Source of the DNA: Nitrospirota bacterium
GTDB lineage: Bacteria; Nitrospirota; UBA9217
Assembly (NCBI GenBank): GCA_963840455.1
Contig: CAWIYV010000007.1
Location: 320,001 to 384,000 of the forward strand
DNA: 64,000 nucleotides
Direction: 5' to 3'
A program made the position numbers and the translations under genes. Under the pieces are notes generated by a model. That model saw only the letters and a list, made by a program, of their open reading frames with translations. It did no database searches and was not told the DNA's origin. Within the stretch, counting starts at the first letter, position 1. Every line of letters begins with the position of its first letter. This document shows positions 46,012-55,648 of the stretch, piece after piece.

Positions 46012-47103
46012 GTTGAATAAAATTCACGGTGATAAAAAAAATTGACTCACTGCTTGGGCCTCTCATCGCTCCTGTGGTCGAAAGGTTATTTCCCCCCAAG
46101 GACGGAACCGGCGAAAGATATTAGCGCTGTTCTTATCATCCGTCCCGGTGGCATCGGCGACGCGGTGCTGCTTATCCCTACTATCGCTCTCTTGAAGAAG
46201 AAATATCCGTATGCGGTCATTGAGGTCCTTACCGAAAAGAGAAACAGCGGAGTCTTTGCATTAAGCCCCGATGTGAGCTCCGTTTTTCACTATGATGCTC
46301 CTGCGGAATTTCTGGCCACCGTGCAGACGGACCTATGATGTCGTCATCGATTCTGAACAATGGCACCGTCTCTCCGCCATAGTTGCCAGGCTGATCCGGA
46401 CACCGATGACGATCGGGTTTGCAACCAATGAACGTAAAAAAATGTTTACCCATCCTGTGCCTATTCACATGACGAATATGAGATGCACAGTTTCATGAAT
46501 CTCCTTTTCCCGCTTATCGGTACCATCACGAGGGATATTGACATTCCCTTTCTCACGATACCCCCGGATATGACCGACAAAGTTAAACCTCTTTTGAAGC
46601 CCGTTATGAGCAATAAAATAGTTGCTCTGTTTCCCGGTGGGAGCATTCAGGAGCGTCAGTGGGGGAGCGGCCATTTCCATCGAACTGCAAAACTGCTAAG
46701 CCACGAGGGCTACGGCATCGTGGTGGTAGGTGGGAATGATGATGTCCGGGCGGGAAAGGAAATAGTATCCGGTCTGTCCAATGCCCTGAACCTTTGCGGC
46801 AAGCTATCACTGCCTGAAACCGCAGCCATTTTAAAGGAATCGGCTCTGCTCATTGCCGGTGACTCGGGCATCATGCATGTGGGATATGGCTTGGGGATAA
46901 AGATTGTTGCGTTGTTCGGTCCGGGGAGGGAAAAGAAATGGACGCCTCGCGGGAAGAACATCAGAGTAATCAATAAGCATCTGCCCTGCAGCCCTTGCAC
47001 GACATATGGCTACACTCCGAAATGCGAAAAGAAAGCTGCATGCATGAGCGCCATTACCGTCGACGAAGTCATCAGCAACTCATTGGCATTACTCGACGGA
47101 TAG
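46012..47103 (+). pseudogene. Glycosyltransferase family 9 (heptosyltransferase, XapJ-like), several apparent frameshifts
   Basis: IRPGGIGDAVL, YDVVIDSEQWHRLSA, FPGGS...R.W, GDSG.MH, LFGP, CSPC spread over four or more frame segments. Confidence 0.75.
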
Positions 47104-47496
47104 GCAGGGTTAACGGTTACCCTGCATTTGGCTGTCCCCGCTATTTCTTTCTCATCGCTCCGTGCCAGATGTCAGATTGATCAACCACTCGATGTTTTTC
47201 GAAGCTATTCATTCTCTTTTTATCGTATAGGATTCAGGCTGGCATCGGGAGAAATATCATAGATTCTGTTTTAGCTTGACAGGACCTATTTTGGCCTTGA
47301 TTCACACGCTTCTTTGCGTTAATCTTGCTCCATCGATGATTCATGGGGATTTCTTGAATCATGAAAAGTTTTCGCAAGAGAACCGCATTATCCCGGTAAA
47401 ACCCATACGGTTTAGTTCCGGGATGCAGAGTAAGGATTGCCATGGTCGAACGACCGATCACCTGGGCACAGCGGTAAAAGGGACAGGATATTCAGC

Positions 47497-48546
47497 ATGG
47501 AAGTGACCGTACTCATACCTGCCTATAATCCCGACCCGTCGTTACTGTCGCTTGTCGGGTCTTTAATTCGTCTTGGTTTTAAAAGCATCGTCATTGTAAA
47601 TGACGGAAGCAAGCCGGAATATAACTATATTTTTAATAAACTGGAAGCGATGGTTGAATGTCACGTGCTTCATCATGCCGTAAATCTTGGCAAAGGCAGA
47701 GCACTGAAAACCGGATTTAATTATATCTATCTCAATTTCACGGATGTCTTTGGCGTAGTAACTGCCGATGCTGACGGCCAGCATCTGCCTGGTGACGTTT
47801 TTAAAGTCGCGCAAACATTCCTGAGCAAACCTGACACACTGGTAATAGGGTCCAGAAAATTCAGAAAGGACATGCCCTTCAGAAGTTATATCGGCAATGT
47901 TACAACCAAGCATGTTTTTCGTCTGCTGATGGGCAAAAAGGTTGCTGACCCACAGTCCGGACTGCGATGTATCCCTCGAAAAACACTTCCCGCATTCATG
48001 CGATTGTCAGGGGAAGGGTACGAATACGAAATGAACATGCTGATGTCAGCGAAACAATCCAAAGTGGCCATTTTGGAGGAACCGATCACCACGGTTTACA
48101 TAGATGACAACAGGTCATCTCATTTCAACCCCTTGATAGATTCAATGAAGATCTATTTCCTGCTACTGAGATATTCTCTTTCTTCGCTCCTGGCAAGCCT
48201 GCTTGATTTTGTCGTGTTCATGATAAGCTATGCAGTAACCTCGAATGTACTGGTTAGTATTTTCGTCGGCAGATTTACGATTGGCCTCTTCGTCAATTTT
48301 GTCGTCAACAAAAACTTTGTTTTTCATCATAGAGGCAATACAGTTGCCCCACTGGTCAAATATTACCTTTTTGCCACGATTATGGGGATCGTGGCTTCCG
48401 TGTTGATCCAAAGAGTCGCCGATAAATTCTTGATCAGCGTAATTCTGTCTAAAGTGCTCGTTGAATCATTCTTGTTTTTTGTAAGTTTTGTAATACAGAG
48501 AGACTATATCTTTACAAACAAAGGACTTGAAGAGCTTCAGGAGTGA
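47497..48546 (+). CDS. Bifunctional GT2 (polyprenol-phosphate glycosyltransferase) / GtrA flippase-like protein
   Basis: LIPAYNP, VNDGS, GKG.ALKTG, DADGQH, D.QSGLR, SHFNP..DS, then four TM helices of GtrA type. Confidence 0.87.
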   Translation: MEVTVLIPAYNPDPSLLSLVGSLIRLGFKSIVIVNDGSKPEYNYIFNKLEAMVECHVLHHAVNLGKGRALKTGFNYIYLNFTDVFGVVTADADGQHLPGDVFKVAQTFLSKPDTLVIGSRKFRKDMPFRSYIGNVTTKHVFRLLMGKKVADPQSGLRCIPRKTLPAFMRLSGEGYEYEMNMLMSAKQSKVAILEEPITTVYIDDNRSSHFNPLIDSMKIYFLLLRYSLSSLLASLLDFVVFMISYAVTSNVLVSIFVGRFTIGLFVNFVVNKNFVFHHRGNTVAPLVKYYLFATIMGIVASVLIQRVADKFLISVILSKVLVESFLFFVSFVIQRDYIFTNKGLEELQE

Positions 48547-48552
48547 CAGAGC

Positions 48553-49206
48553 ATGTTTATTGAAATTCCACCGGACATTCTTCAGTCCATCGCAACGAAC
48601 AGCGACCGAATGCCCAAGCTGTATTATCACCCTCGTAAAGTGGCAAGAGAATTTTTCTGGCTACGGCTGAGAACTCTTCACCATCTGATAGAAAAGCATG
48701 TGAAGAACCGTACCCGGTGTTTGGACTTTGGATGTGGCAGCGGCGTATTCCTTCCGACATTGTCGACGTTATTTACTGCCGTCAACGGGATTGACATCGA
48801 GATGGTTGAGGCGCCTAAAATAATTGACTACTATCATCTTGCCAATGTTGATCTGATAACCGCCGATATAAATCAGATTTATCTCGAGAAGCGTTTTGAT
48901 GCCATCATTGCGGCAGATGTCCTGGAGCATTTTAATCGCATCGAGCATCCGGTGTCGCAAATATTTAACTGGCTGAAAGAGGACGGTTTGCTATTTACTT
49001 CTTTACCCACAGAAAATATTTTTACGAAATTGACGAGAATAGCCGGAAAATACGAGAAACCATGGGATCACTATCACCGTGGAGAGGACGTTGAAGAATA
49101 TTTATCGCAGAACGGTTTCCGCAAGATAGCGAGTACCAGGATCGTTGCGGTGTTCCCCTTATATCTTATCAGCGTGTGGGGGAAAATACGTACAAATGCA
49201 GAATAA
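48553..49206 (+). CDS. Class I SAM-dependent methyltransferase
   Basis: LDFGCGSG, FD.IIAADVLEH, G.L..SLPTEN. Confidence 0.82.
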   Translation: MFIEIPPDILQSIATNSDRMPKLYYHPRKVAREFFWLRLRTLHHLIEKHVKNRTRCLDFGCGSGVFLPTLSTLFTAVNGIDIEMVEAPKIIDYYHLANVDLITADINQIYLEKRFDAIIAADVLEHFNRIEHPVSQIFNWLKEDGLLFTSLPTENIFTKLTRIAGKYEKPWDHYHRGEDVEEYLSQNGFRKIASTRIVAVFPLYLISVWGKIRTNAE

Positions 49207-49480
49207 TGTAATTAGACCGGCTCCTGTAATCCTCTTAAGGGAATCCTTTTTCTCTCGAGCAGGAGGAAACAATTCCCCGTGCTGGTCACCGATCGCGGGA
49301 AGGGGAGAATAAGGCTTATGGGCAGCTCCTGGATAAGAGGTTTGTTATGATAATGATCCTGCAATATCAATATGCATTGACGGCATGGCGATGTCATGTC
49401 CGAAAAACAGACAAGTCATTTGCATCATCCATAGTTCGAAAGAGCAAATAGCTTCTTGGCAGCGAATACAGAGAGGCCAC

Positions 49481-51328
49481 ATGTTTCTCCTTCTTCTCCT
49501 TTCATTTCTGCAGATAACACTCATTCCCGGTCTCATCACATTGAAATTATTAAAATTCAGAGGGAATTTTATTGCCGGTGTAACTTTTTCATTTTCCTTG
49601 AGCTTAATCATTAATTACCTCGTTGTTTTTATTCTTGTTGCTTTAAAAATCTACTATAGAAACATTGTATTCGGGCTACTCTTCCTGGAATTTGCCTTAC
49701 TTGTTTCTTTATTCAAAACGACTAGCTGGTCGCTGTCATTGCCTGATCTCCTTAGAAAAGCATCATCTACCATTTCTCATTATAGTATTATGCTCGATGC
49801 ATACGCGGCCGATAAGGACACGAATAAGAAAACAGTAGTTCATGCTGTTAAACTCATTTTCCCGATCTTGGCCCTGTACATCATTGTTCTTGCCGCGAAA
49901 ATATTCACTCAAAATATAGGCACGATCTTTTTTGATAATGATGCCGTAGGAGCATATAACGTATGGGCTGTTAGATTATCGAACAATATACTGCCTTCGA
50001 CGTCGTATTATCCGTTTATGCTCCCTGCTAATTGGTCAATCGCCTATACCATACAAGGCCTGCCACTTCAATTTGCTCCCAAAGCCATGATGCCCCTATT
50101 TTTTGTATTTATCTTATTAATGCTGTTGGATCTGGGGAGGATCTTAAAAAAATCAGGGTTCTTTATAAGTGTCATATGTACGTTCCTTATACTGGAATAT
50201 TTTTTTCATTTTTATATTCCTGAAGGATCAATGGATATAGCAGTTTCATATTTTTCATTCTTGCCGATCTACTGCTTGCTTTTATCCAATAACGCCGATG
50301 ACGGCGAAATCGCGATCCAGTATGCACTTTTCGGCGCACTATTTGCTGCAGGCGCAGCGGTCACCAAACAATCAGGCCTTTTTATTCTTATCGTGTATCC
50401 TTTTTTGTATTACGCTATCACATACAGGAAAGAGAACAATAAAAGAATAAATTCTACACGCATTCTGTTGTTCTATTTTATCTGCGTCCTTGTTCTCGTT
50501 ATCCCATTTTATCTTTACCGGCATATTACCATATTGGCAGGAACGGATCGTTCCTATGTATCGTTTCTGGTTGGCGGTATGCATAATGGAAGAAGCATTG
50601 AGGAAAGATTTTATTACGCCATCAGTTTGATTAGCAATAAATTAACTCTTGTACTCTTTATCTGCTCGTTACTATCCTTGACTGACAGGACCCTTCGTTG
50701 GATTTATATCTTGGTATTTATTCCTTATACAATTATATGGATGGGTTTATTTTCTTATGATATTCGAAACTGGGCTATTGGTTTTACCATGCTTGGGGTA
50801 GCCGCTGGAAACGGTCTTGGCATGATGATTGACTATCTCATTGAGAGAATCTATTATCCTTTGTCGGTAATTCCTGTTCGTGTCTTCATTTACTGCTTTC
50901 TTATCTTCACAATTCCCACTCTTCTGTATCAGGTCACCATTACCGCAGATCAGATAAGACACAAACATACTGAACAAGAAAAAAGAATTGTTAATCCAGA
51001 ACTGAACAGGCAATTATATGAATACAAGGACAAACACGGAATAGATAAAAAGATATATACTATTTATAACTATATTCGCCTGCTCCCAGGTTTTGAAAAT
51101 CTTTTTTCTGCAGCATCGCTGAATTTTACCGGTTCTGAAGAAGAATATATAAAATATATCAATGCGGTAAAAAGCAAAGAGATTGGATATATTTTATTTT
51201 TGTCCATGAAAAACATTAAACGTGCAGAAAATATATATAACGACATAACAACTAAAATTGACGATGGGCAATACACGGTAATATTTCAAAATGAAGGATA
51301 TATATTTATTAAAATAGAAGGCAGATAA
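49481..51328 (+). CDS. Very AT-rich polytopic membrane protein, probable GT-C glycan-modifying transferase
   Basis: More than 12 hydrophobic segments; DA....N.WA, YP...P.NW, D.AVS, TKQSG motifs; located after the GT2-GtrA gene. Confidence 0.55.
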   Translation: MFLLLLLSFLQITLIPGLITLKLLKFRGNFIAGVTFSFSLSLIINYLVVFILVALKIYYRNIVFGLLFLEFALLVSLFKTTSWSLSLPDLLRKASSTISHYSIMLDAYAADKDTNKKTVVHAVKLIFPILALYIIVLAAKIFTQNIGTIFFDNDAVGAYNVWAVRLSNNILPSTSYYPFMLPANWSIAYTIQGLPLQFAPKAMMPLFFVFILLMLLDLGRILKKSGFFISVICTFLILEYFFHFYIPEGSMDIAVSYFSFLPIYCLLLSNNADDGEIAIQYALFGALFAAGAAVTKQSGLFILIVYPFLYYAITYRKENNKRINSTRILLFYFICVLVLVIPFYLYRHITILAGTDRSYVSFLVGGMHNGRSIEERFYYAISLISNKLTLVLFICSLLSLTDRTLRWIYILVFIPYTIIWMGLFSYDIRNWAIGFTMLGVAAGNGLGMMIDYLIERIYYPLSVIPVRVFIYCFLIFTIPTLLYQVTITADQIRHKHTEQEKRIVNPELNRQLYEYKDKHGIDKKIYTIYNYIRLLPGFENLFSAASLNFTGSEEEYIKYINAVKSKEIGYILFLSMKNIKRAENIYNDITTKIDDGQYTVIFQNEGYIFIKIEGR

Positions 51329-51570
51329 GTTCTTCCCCTCTGAATGAGGGCGCCTCATGCGCATGCCTCGGATAGGGAAATTTGAAATTGTAACTTCTTG
51401 GCTTGGTTCTCCCACAGATAAAAGAACATTATGCGATGCAGTCCCTTCACAACCTTTGGCTACACCCCGACATGTAAGAATATCGCAGAATGCATGAAGC
51501 TTATAACCACTGAGGAAGTATACGCACAAGCAATGAACCTTCTGGAATGTACGTCGTAGCCTCCACGCAG

Positions 51571-52032
51571 TTACTTAACCTGCCGCTTCTGCTCCTGCCT
51601 CACGTCCAGCTGCTTCAGCTGTTCGATGTTTTTATTGAGCCGATCATTGTCCTTTTTCGTGTCCAGCAGCACTCTGAGGGCCTGGCGCCAGCTCCGCGCC
51701 TCCGGCATGCGTTCGTCCTGCGGATACTGGGCAAGGAACTCGTCGAATTCCGCGACGGCGACGGCGTAGTCTTTCTGGGGGTTGTTTGCGGACACCCAGG
51801 TCATTGCAATGCCGTATTTCGCCGTTGCAGCCCATTCCGTGTTCGGATGCTCCCGTATGACCTTCCGGAACTCGGCGATCGCTTGGGCATAGTTGCTCTC
51901 CCGCATCAGTTTCTGCGCTTCCGCCACCTTGGCCGATGCGGCCCCGTCACCTTTCTGCGACGAGAATGTGGCGCAGCCGGTCCCGGTTACGAGCATCAGC
52001 AAAAGCACGATGGCAAGGATGATGCGATTCAT
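51571..52032 (-). CDS. Lipoprotein with TPR (BamD/YfiO-like) repeat and C-terminal coiled coil
   Basis: Signal ending GTGC, Y..A..EF......HP, F...L..YP, tail LNKNIEQLKQLDVRQEQKR; its start overlaps the GGDEF stop. Confidence 0.8.
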   Translation of the reverse strand: MNRIILAIVLLLMLVTGTGCATFSSQKGDGAASAKVAEAQKLMRESNYAQAIAEFRKVIREHPNTEWAATAKYGIAMTWVSANNPQKDYAVAVAEFDEFLAQYPQDERMPEARSWRQALRVLLDTKKDNDRLNKNIEQLKQLDVRQEQKRQVK

Positions 52033-53432
52033 TACGACCTCCGCTTGTCGATGACAAAGACGCTTTTAGGGATCGTCTTTGCGTAATCCTTGAGCTCTGC
52101 GGCGATCTCGGAGGTTTGCAGGGGATTGGTAAGCACCCGGCGTTCATTGGTCACGATGGCGATGGAAATGGTCATGAGGGGGAACTTCATCTCCACGCCC
52201 TGCCGGGTCTTGCCGAGGATATGCCCATTCGTCCGGTCCATTTCGTCATAGAACTCGGGAATACGCCCGTCGAACCTGGCAATCACCTCTTCGCAGACGG
52301 CTCGCATGCGATCGGGCACGGTGATCACGACAAAATCGTCGCCACCCACGTGGCCCACGAAATCTTCAGGCGTGCCTTTTTCTGCCACGGCCTGCTCGAT
52401 GATGCGGGCCGTCTCCTTGATCACCTCGCTTCCGTGCGCATAGCCGTAACGGTCGCTGAAGACCTTGAAGTTGTCGAGGTCGAACACGCAGAAGGCCAAT
52501 GGTTGTTTCGATTCGAGCCTCTTTTTCAGAACGTTTTCGATGGCGACGCCCCCGGGGAGACGGGTGAGGGGGCTTGCATCGAGATACATTTCCTCGAGCT
52601 TTCTCAGCCGCTTGCCCATCTCGACGAATGCCGTTGCCAGTGAACCGATCTCGTCCTTGCTCCGGATCTGGGGGTCGTAATCGAAGTTCCCTTCGGCGAT
52701 CTGGCCGGTGGCGACGCTCAGCTCCTTGATGGATGATGAAATATGATGGGTCACGACAACACTGCCCAGGATCCCGAAAATGACGCTCAGGACGGACAGA
52801 AGGGCCATTATCAGGAACGCCAATCTCCCACTGTGACTGATCTGTTTCATCTTTTTGTCACGCGAGGAGGTGGCGTTGTCGGATATGTTTTGGAGCAGTT
52901 CCCTGATCTGTTCGAACAGTTTTTTCATCGGTCCGTTCGAAATTTGCGCGGCGCCGTCGCGGTTCCCGTCCTTCATCAGTTGCACTTCTTCGGTGAACGA
53001 GTCGCTATATTCCTGGTAGAGGCTCGTGAGCTGCCCGAGGGGGAGGTGGCTGCTGTCAGGCAGCTTGTGGAGGCGAGCCAGCCATTCACGGAACTCTTCG
53101 CCGCGTTTCAAGAACAGCGTGCGTCGTTCATTATCGTTGAAGATGAGGAACCGTTTCTCATAGGTGTCCTGGGCCAGGAGCCCCTCCTGCATCTTGTCAG
53201 ACGCCTCCTGGACCGGCACGTCGATGGTGACGATGCTGGCGGTAAGACTGTTGAGGTTCTGGAGGCTGACCAGAGCGTAGACGACCACCACCACCGTGAG
53301 GACAACAAGCACCAGATATCCGAGCAGCATCTTGCTCGCAATGTCCAGCCGTGAAAAGAGCTCCTTCGGGATCAGTTTATCGAGGAGTGATGACGGAATG
53401 AAGTCGGTAAGCTTAGAAAGTCTAAATTTCAC
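52032..53432 (-). CDS. Membrane sensor (2 TM, helical periplasmic domain)-HAMP-GGDEF protein with a GGDDF motif
   Basis: HAMP motif DEIG.LA..F..M, DASPLTRLPG, DLDNFK, GHVGGDDF, terminal YAK. GTG 53432 is preferred as start on promoter spacing. Confidence 0.88.
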   Translation of the reverse strand: MKFRLSKLTDFIPSSLLDKLIPKELFSRLDIASKMLLGYLVLVVLTVVVVVYALVSLQNLNSLTASIVTIDVPVQEASDKMQEGLLAQDTYEKRFLIFNDNERRTLFLKRGEEFREWLARLHKLPDSSHLPLGQLTSLYQEYSDSFTEEVQLMKDGNRDGAAQISNGPMKKLFEQIRELLQNISDNATSSRDKKMKQISHSGRLAFLIMALLSVLSVIFGILGSVVVTHHISSSIKELSVATGQIAEGNFDYDPQIRSKDEIGSLATAFVEMGKRLRKLEEMYLDASPLTRLPGGVAIENVLKKRLESKQPLAFCVFDLDNFKVFSDRYGYAHGSEVIKETARIIEQAVAEKGTPEDFVGHVGGDDFVVITVPDRMRAVCEEVIARFDGRIPEFYDEMDRTNGHILGKTRQGVEMKFPLMTISIAIVTNERRVLTNPLQTSEIAAELKDYAKTIPKSVFVIDKRRS

Positions 53433-53438
53433 AGGCAA

Positions 53439-53467
53439 AGGTTAACAAACAATCCTTTGGTTGTCAA
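53439..53467 (-). promoter_or_regulatory. sigma70 promoter, probably giving a leaderless GGDEF mRNA
   Basis: Minus strand TTGACA-17 bp-TAACCT, then 6 nt, then GTG 53432. Confidence 0.55.
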
Positions 53468-53478
53468 ACAAATCTTGA

Positions 53479-55488
53479 TCATTCAGGTGCTTCGTCCTGG
53501 ATGGACAGCTCTTCGTCCAGGGCGCCCTGTTCTTCGCAGTATTTTCGAGGTTCCGTGCCCGGAAGGAACGCTTCGCGAAGCGAGCTTCTGCACTGCTCAG
53601 TGCTCAGAAGGCCGGTTCGGGGATCGATGTTCCGATAGATAATGCTGTCCGGTGCGCTGAAGTCAACCGGCTCCTGGCCCTGATGGGCATATTTCATGAA
53701 TTCGAACCAGATCGGCAGGGCGGCGCGGGAGCCGGTCGCTTTGGGCCCCAGGCTCCGCTGGTCGTCAAAGCCGACCCAAACGCCTGACACCAGTGTCGGC
53801 GTATACCCGATGAACCATGCGTCGCGGTAGTCGTTCGTCGTGCCGGTCTTTCCAGCGACCGGCCTGCCGAGTTCACGCGCTTTCCATCCCGTACCGCGGT
53901 CGATGACGCCTTTCAGTAGATTCGTGACAAGATAAGCGGTCTCCGGCTTCAGGGCCTGCACCGGCATCGAATCGTTTGCATAGAGGACCCTGCCGCTGCT
54001 GTCGGTGATCAGCAGGATGGCGACCGGTTCCCGCCTGACGCCGCTGTTGGCGAAAACGGCATAGGCAGCGGTGAGTTCCAAGAGCGTTACATCGGAACTC
54101 CCCAGGGCGAGAGGGAGAACCGGTCTCAATGGGCTCCTGATACCCAAGCTCCGTGCAAAGCGTATGGTCTCGTCAATTCCGATCTTCGAGAGCATCCGCA
54201 CGGTGGGGACATTGAGGGACTGGGCCAGCGCTTTCCTGAGGGTCACGTCCCCTTGGTAGGTCTTCGTAAAGTTCTCCGGCGTCCAGGTCTTCTTGCTGTC
54301 GATCTTGATGCTCATGGGGGTATCGCTCAAGAGGTCCGCCGCGCTGTATCCCCGGTCGAGCGCAGCTGCATACACGATGGGCTTGAACGCTGAACCCGGC
54401 TGGCGCAGCGCCTGCCAGGCGCGATTGAACTGACTCTTGTTGAAATCCCGGCCGCCCACCATGGCCCGGATATGGCCCGTCGAGGGTTCAATGGCAATGA
54501 TTGCCGCCTGGAGGTGCTGATGGCCCCGGTGCTTCCGGTCGAGCTTCGCATCCAGTCTCTCCAGGCCTGCCAGCAGGGAGCGTTCTGCAAATCCTTGGAG
54601 GGTGCTGTTGATGCTGGTATAGATGTTCAGACCGCCGGAATATAGGATGCTGGAACCGAACCGCTCCTCTACCTTCTGACGGACATATTCTACGAAATAG
54701 GGGGCCGGCGCGGGTCCCTTGTGCTGGATGGTTGGCTGGGTAGGGAGCGGTGCCTGTTTTGCCTCTTCGGCCTGTGCCGGAGCAATGGCCGTTGTTTTGA
54801 CCAGCCGGTCCAAGACGTGCTTCCGTCTGGCCAGTGCATTCTCACGCGATCTGAAGGGTGAGTAATACTTCGGCGAACGGGGGATGCCCGCGAGGAGCGC
54901 GCATTCCGCAAGGTTCAGGTCCCGGGCCGGTTTCCCGAAATAGGTCTGTGCTGCCGCTTCGATGCCGTAGGCGCCGCTTCCGAAGTAGATCTGGTTCAAA
55001 TAGAGTGTGAGGATCTCCTGCTTCGTATACCGCTGTTCGATCTTAAGGGCCAGCGCCATTTCCTTAAGCTTGCGCAGATAGCTTCGTTCGGGGGTCAGGA
55101 ACAGGACTTTCGCGAGCTGCTGGGTCAGGGTGCTGCCGCCCTCGAGGACCTTTCCGCCCTGTACGTTCCGCACAAGCGCCCGCACGATACCTCGGTAATC
55201 AAGGCCCCTGTGGGAATAGAACCTCGTGTCCTCAGTTGCAATGAGCGCCTTGATGAGCACCTCCGGCACGCTGGCAAGCTGCACGGGCGTGCGGTTCTCG
55301 ACGAAGAACTCCGCAAGGAGCTGGTTCGAGTCAGAATAGACGCGGGTAGTGATGCTCGGCTTGAAATGTTCAAGGGCCTGGACCTCAGGAAGGTCCCAGG
55401 CAGAATACAGGACAAAACCCACCAAGCTGCCGATAAGGACCGCCATAAACGCAAGGAAGGTATAGGTAAGGAGCGACTTTGCTGTCAT
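53479..55488 (-). CDS. Class A penicillin-binding protein (PBP1A family)
   Basis: Transglycosylase EDTRFYSH.G, GGSTLTQQ, RK..E, YLNQIYFG; transpeptidase SAFK, SLN, KTGT. Confidence 0.93.
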   Translation of the reverse strand: MTAKSLLTYTFLAFMAVLIGSLVGFVLYSAWDLPEVQALEHFKPSITTRVYSDSNQLLAEFFVENRTPVQLASVPEVLIKALIATEDTRFYSHRGLDYRGIVRALVRNVQGGKVLEGGSTLTQQLAKVLFLTPERSYLRKLKEMALALKIEQRYTKQEILTLYLNQIYFGSGAYGIEAAAQTYFGKPARDLNLAECALLAGIPRSPKYYSPFRSRENALARRKHVLDRLVKTTAIAPAQAEEAKQAPLPTQPTIQHKGPAPAPYFVEYVRQKVEERFGSSILYSGGLNIYTSINSTLQGFAERSLLAGLERLDAKLDRKHRGHQHLQAAIIAIEPSTGHIRAMVGGRDFNKSQFNRAWQALRQPGSAFKPIVYAAALDRGYSAADLLSDTPMSIKIDSKKTWTPENFTKTYQGDVTLRKALAQSLNVPTVRMLSKIGIDETIRFARSLGIRSPLRPVLPLALGSSDVTLLELTAAYAVFANSGVRREPVAILLITDSSGRVLYANDSMPVQALKPETAYLVTNLLKGVIDRGTGWKARELGRPVAGKTGTTNDYRDAWFIGYTPTLVSGVWVGFDDQRSLGPKATGSRAALPIWFEFMKYAHQGQEPVDFSAPDSIIYRNIDPRTGLLSTEQCRSSLREAFLPGTEPRKYCEEQGALDEELSIQDEAPE

Positions 55489-55494
55489 GGCGGC

Positions 55495-55523
55495 ATTATA
55501 CAATGTCGATGCAGGAAATGCAA
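55495..55523 (-). promoter_or_regulatory. sigma70 promoter, probably giving a leaderless PBP1A mRNA
   Basis: Minus strand TTGCAT-17 bp-TATAAT, then 6 nt, then ATG 55488. Confidence 0.6.
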
Positions 55524-55648
55524 AATCGTGTTGTTCTTCCTGAGCGGCCTCATCGTGAAGAGGGTATGCTCTTGAATTTTATCAGGGGAGATGCTATGCT
55601 TATTCATGAGCGACATCAAATCATTCATATTGTCAACAGGAGGACGCC

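Noticed and set aside
23580-46500. Programmed phase variation by slipped-strand tracts
   Set aside because: The runs are short (3-8 nt), and similar indels hit non-surface genes such as fur, so sequencing error is the simpler explanation.
19817-51550. Island as an integrative mobile element or prophage
   Set aside because: No integrase, transposase, tRNA target or terminal repeats were seen; only the compositional shift supports foreign origin.
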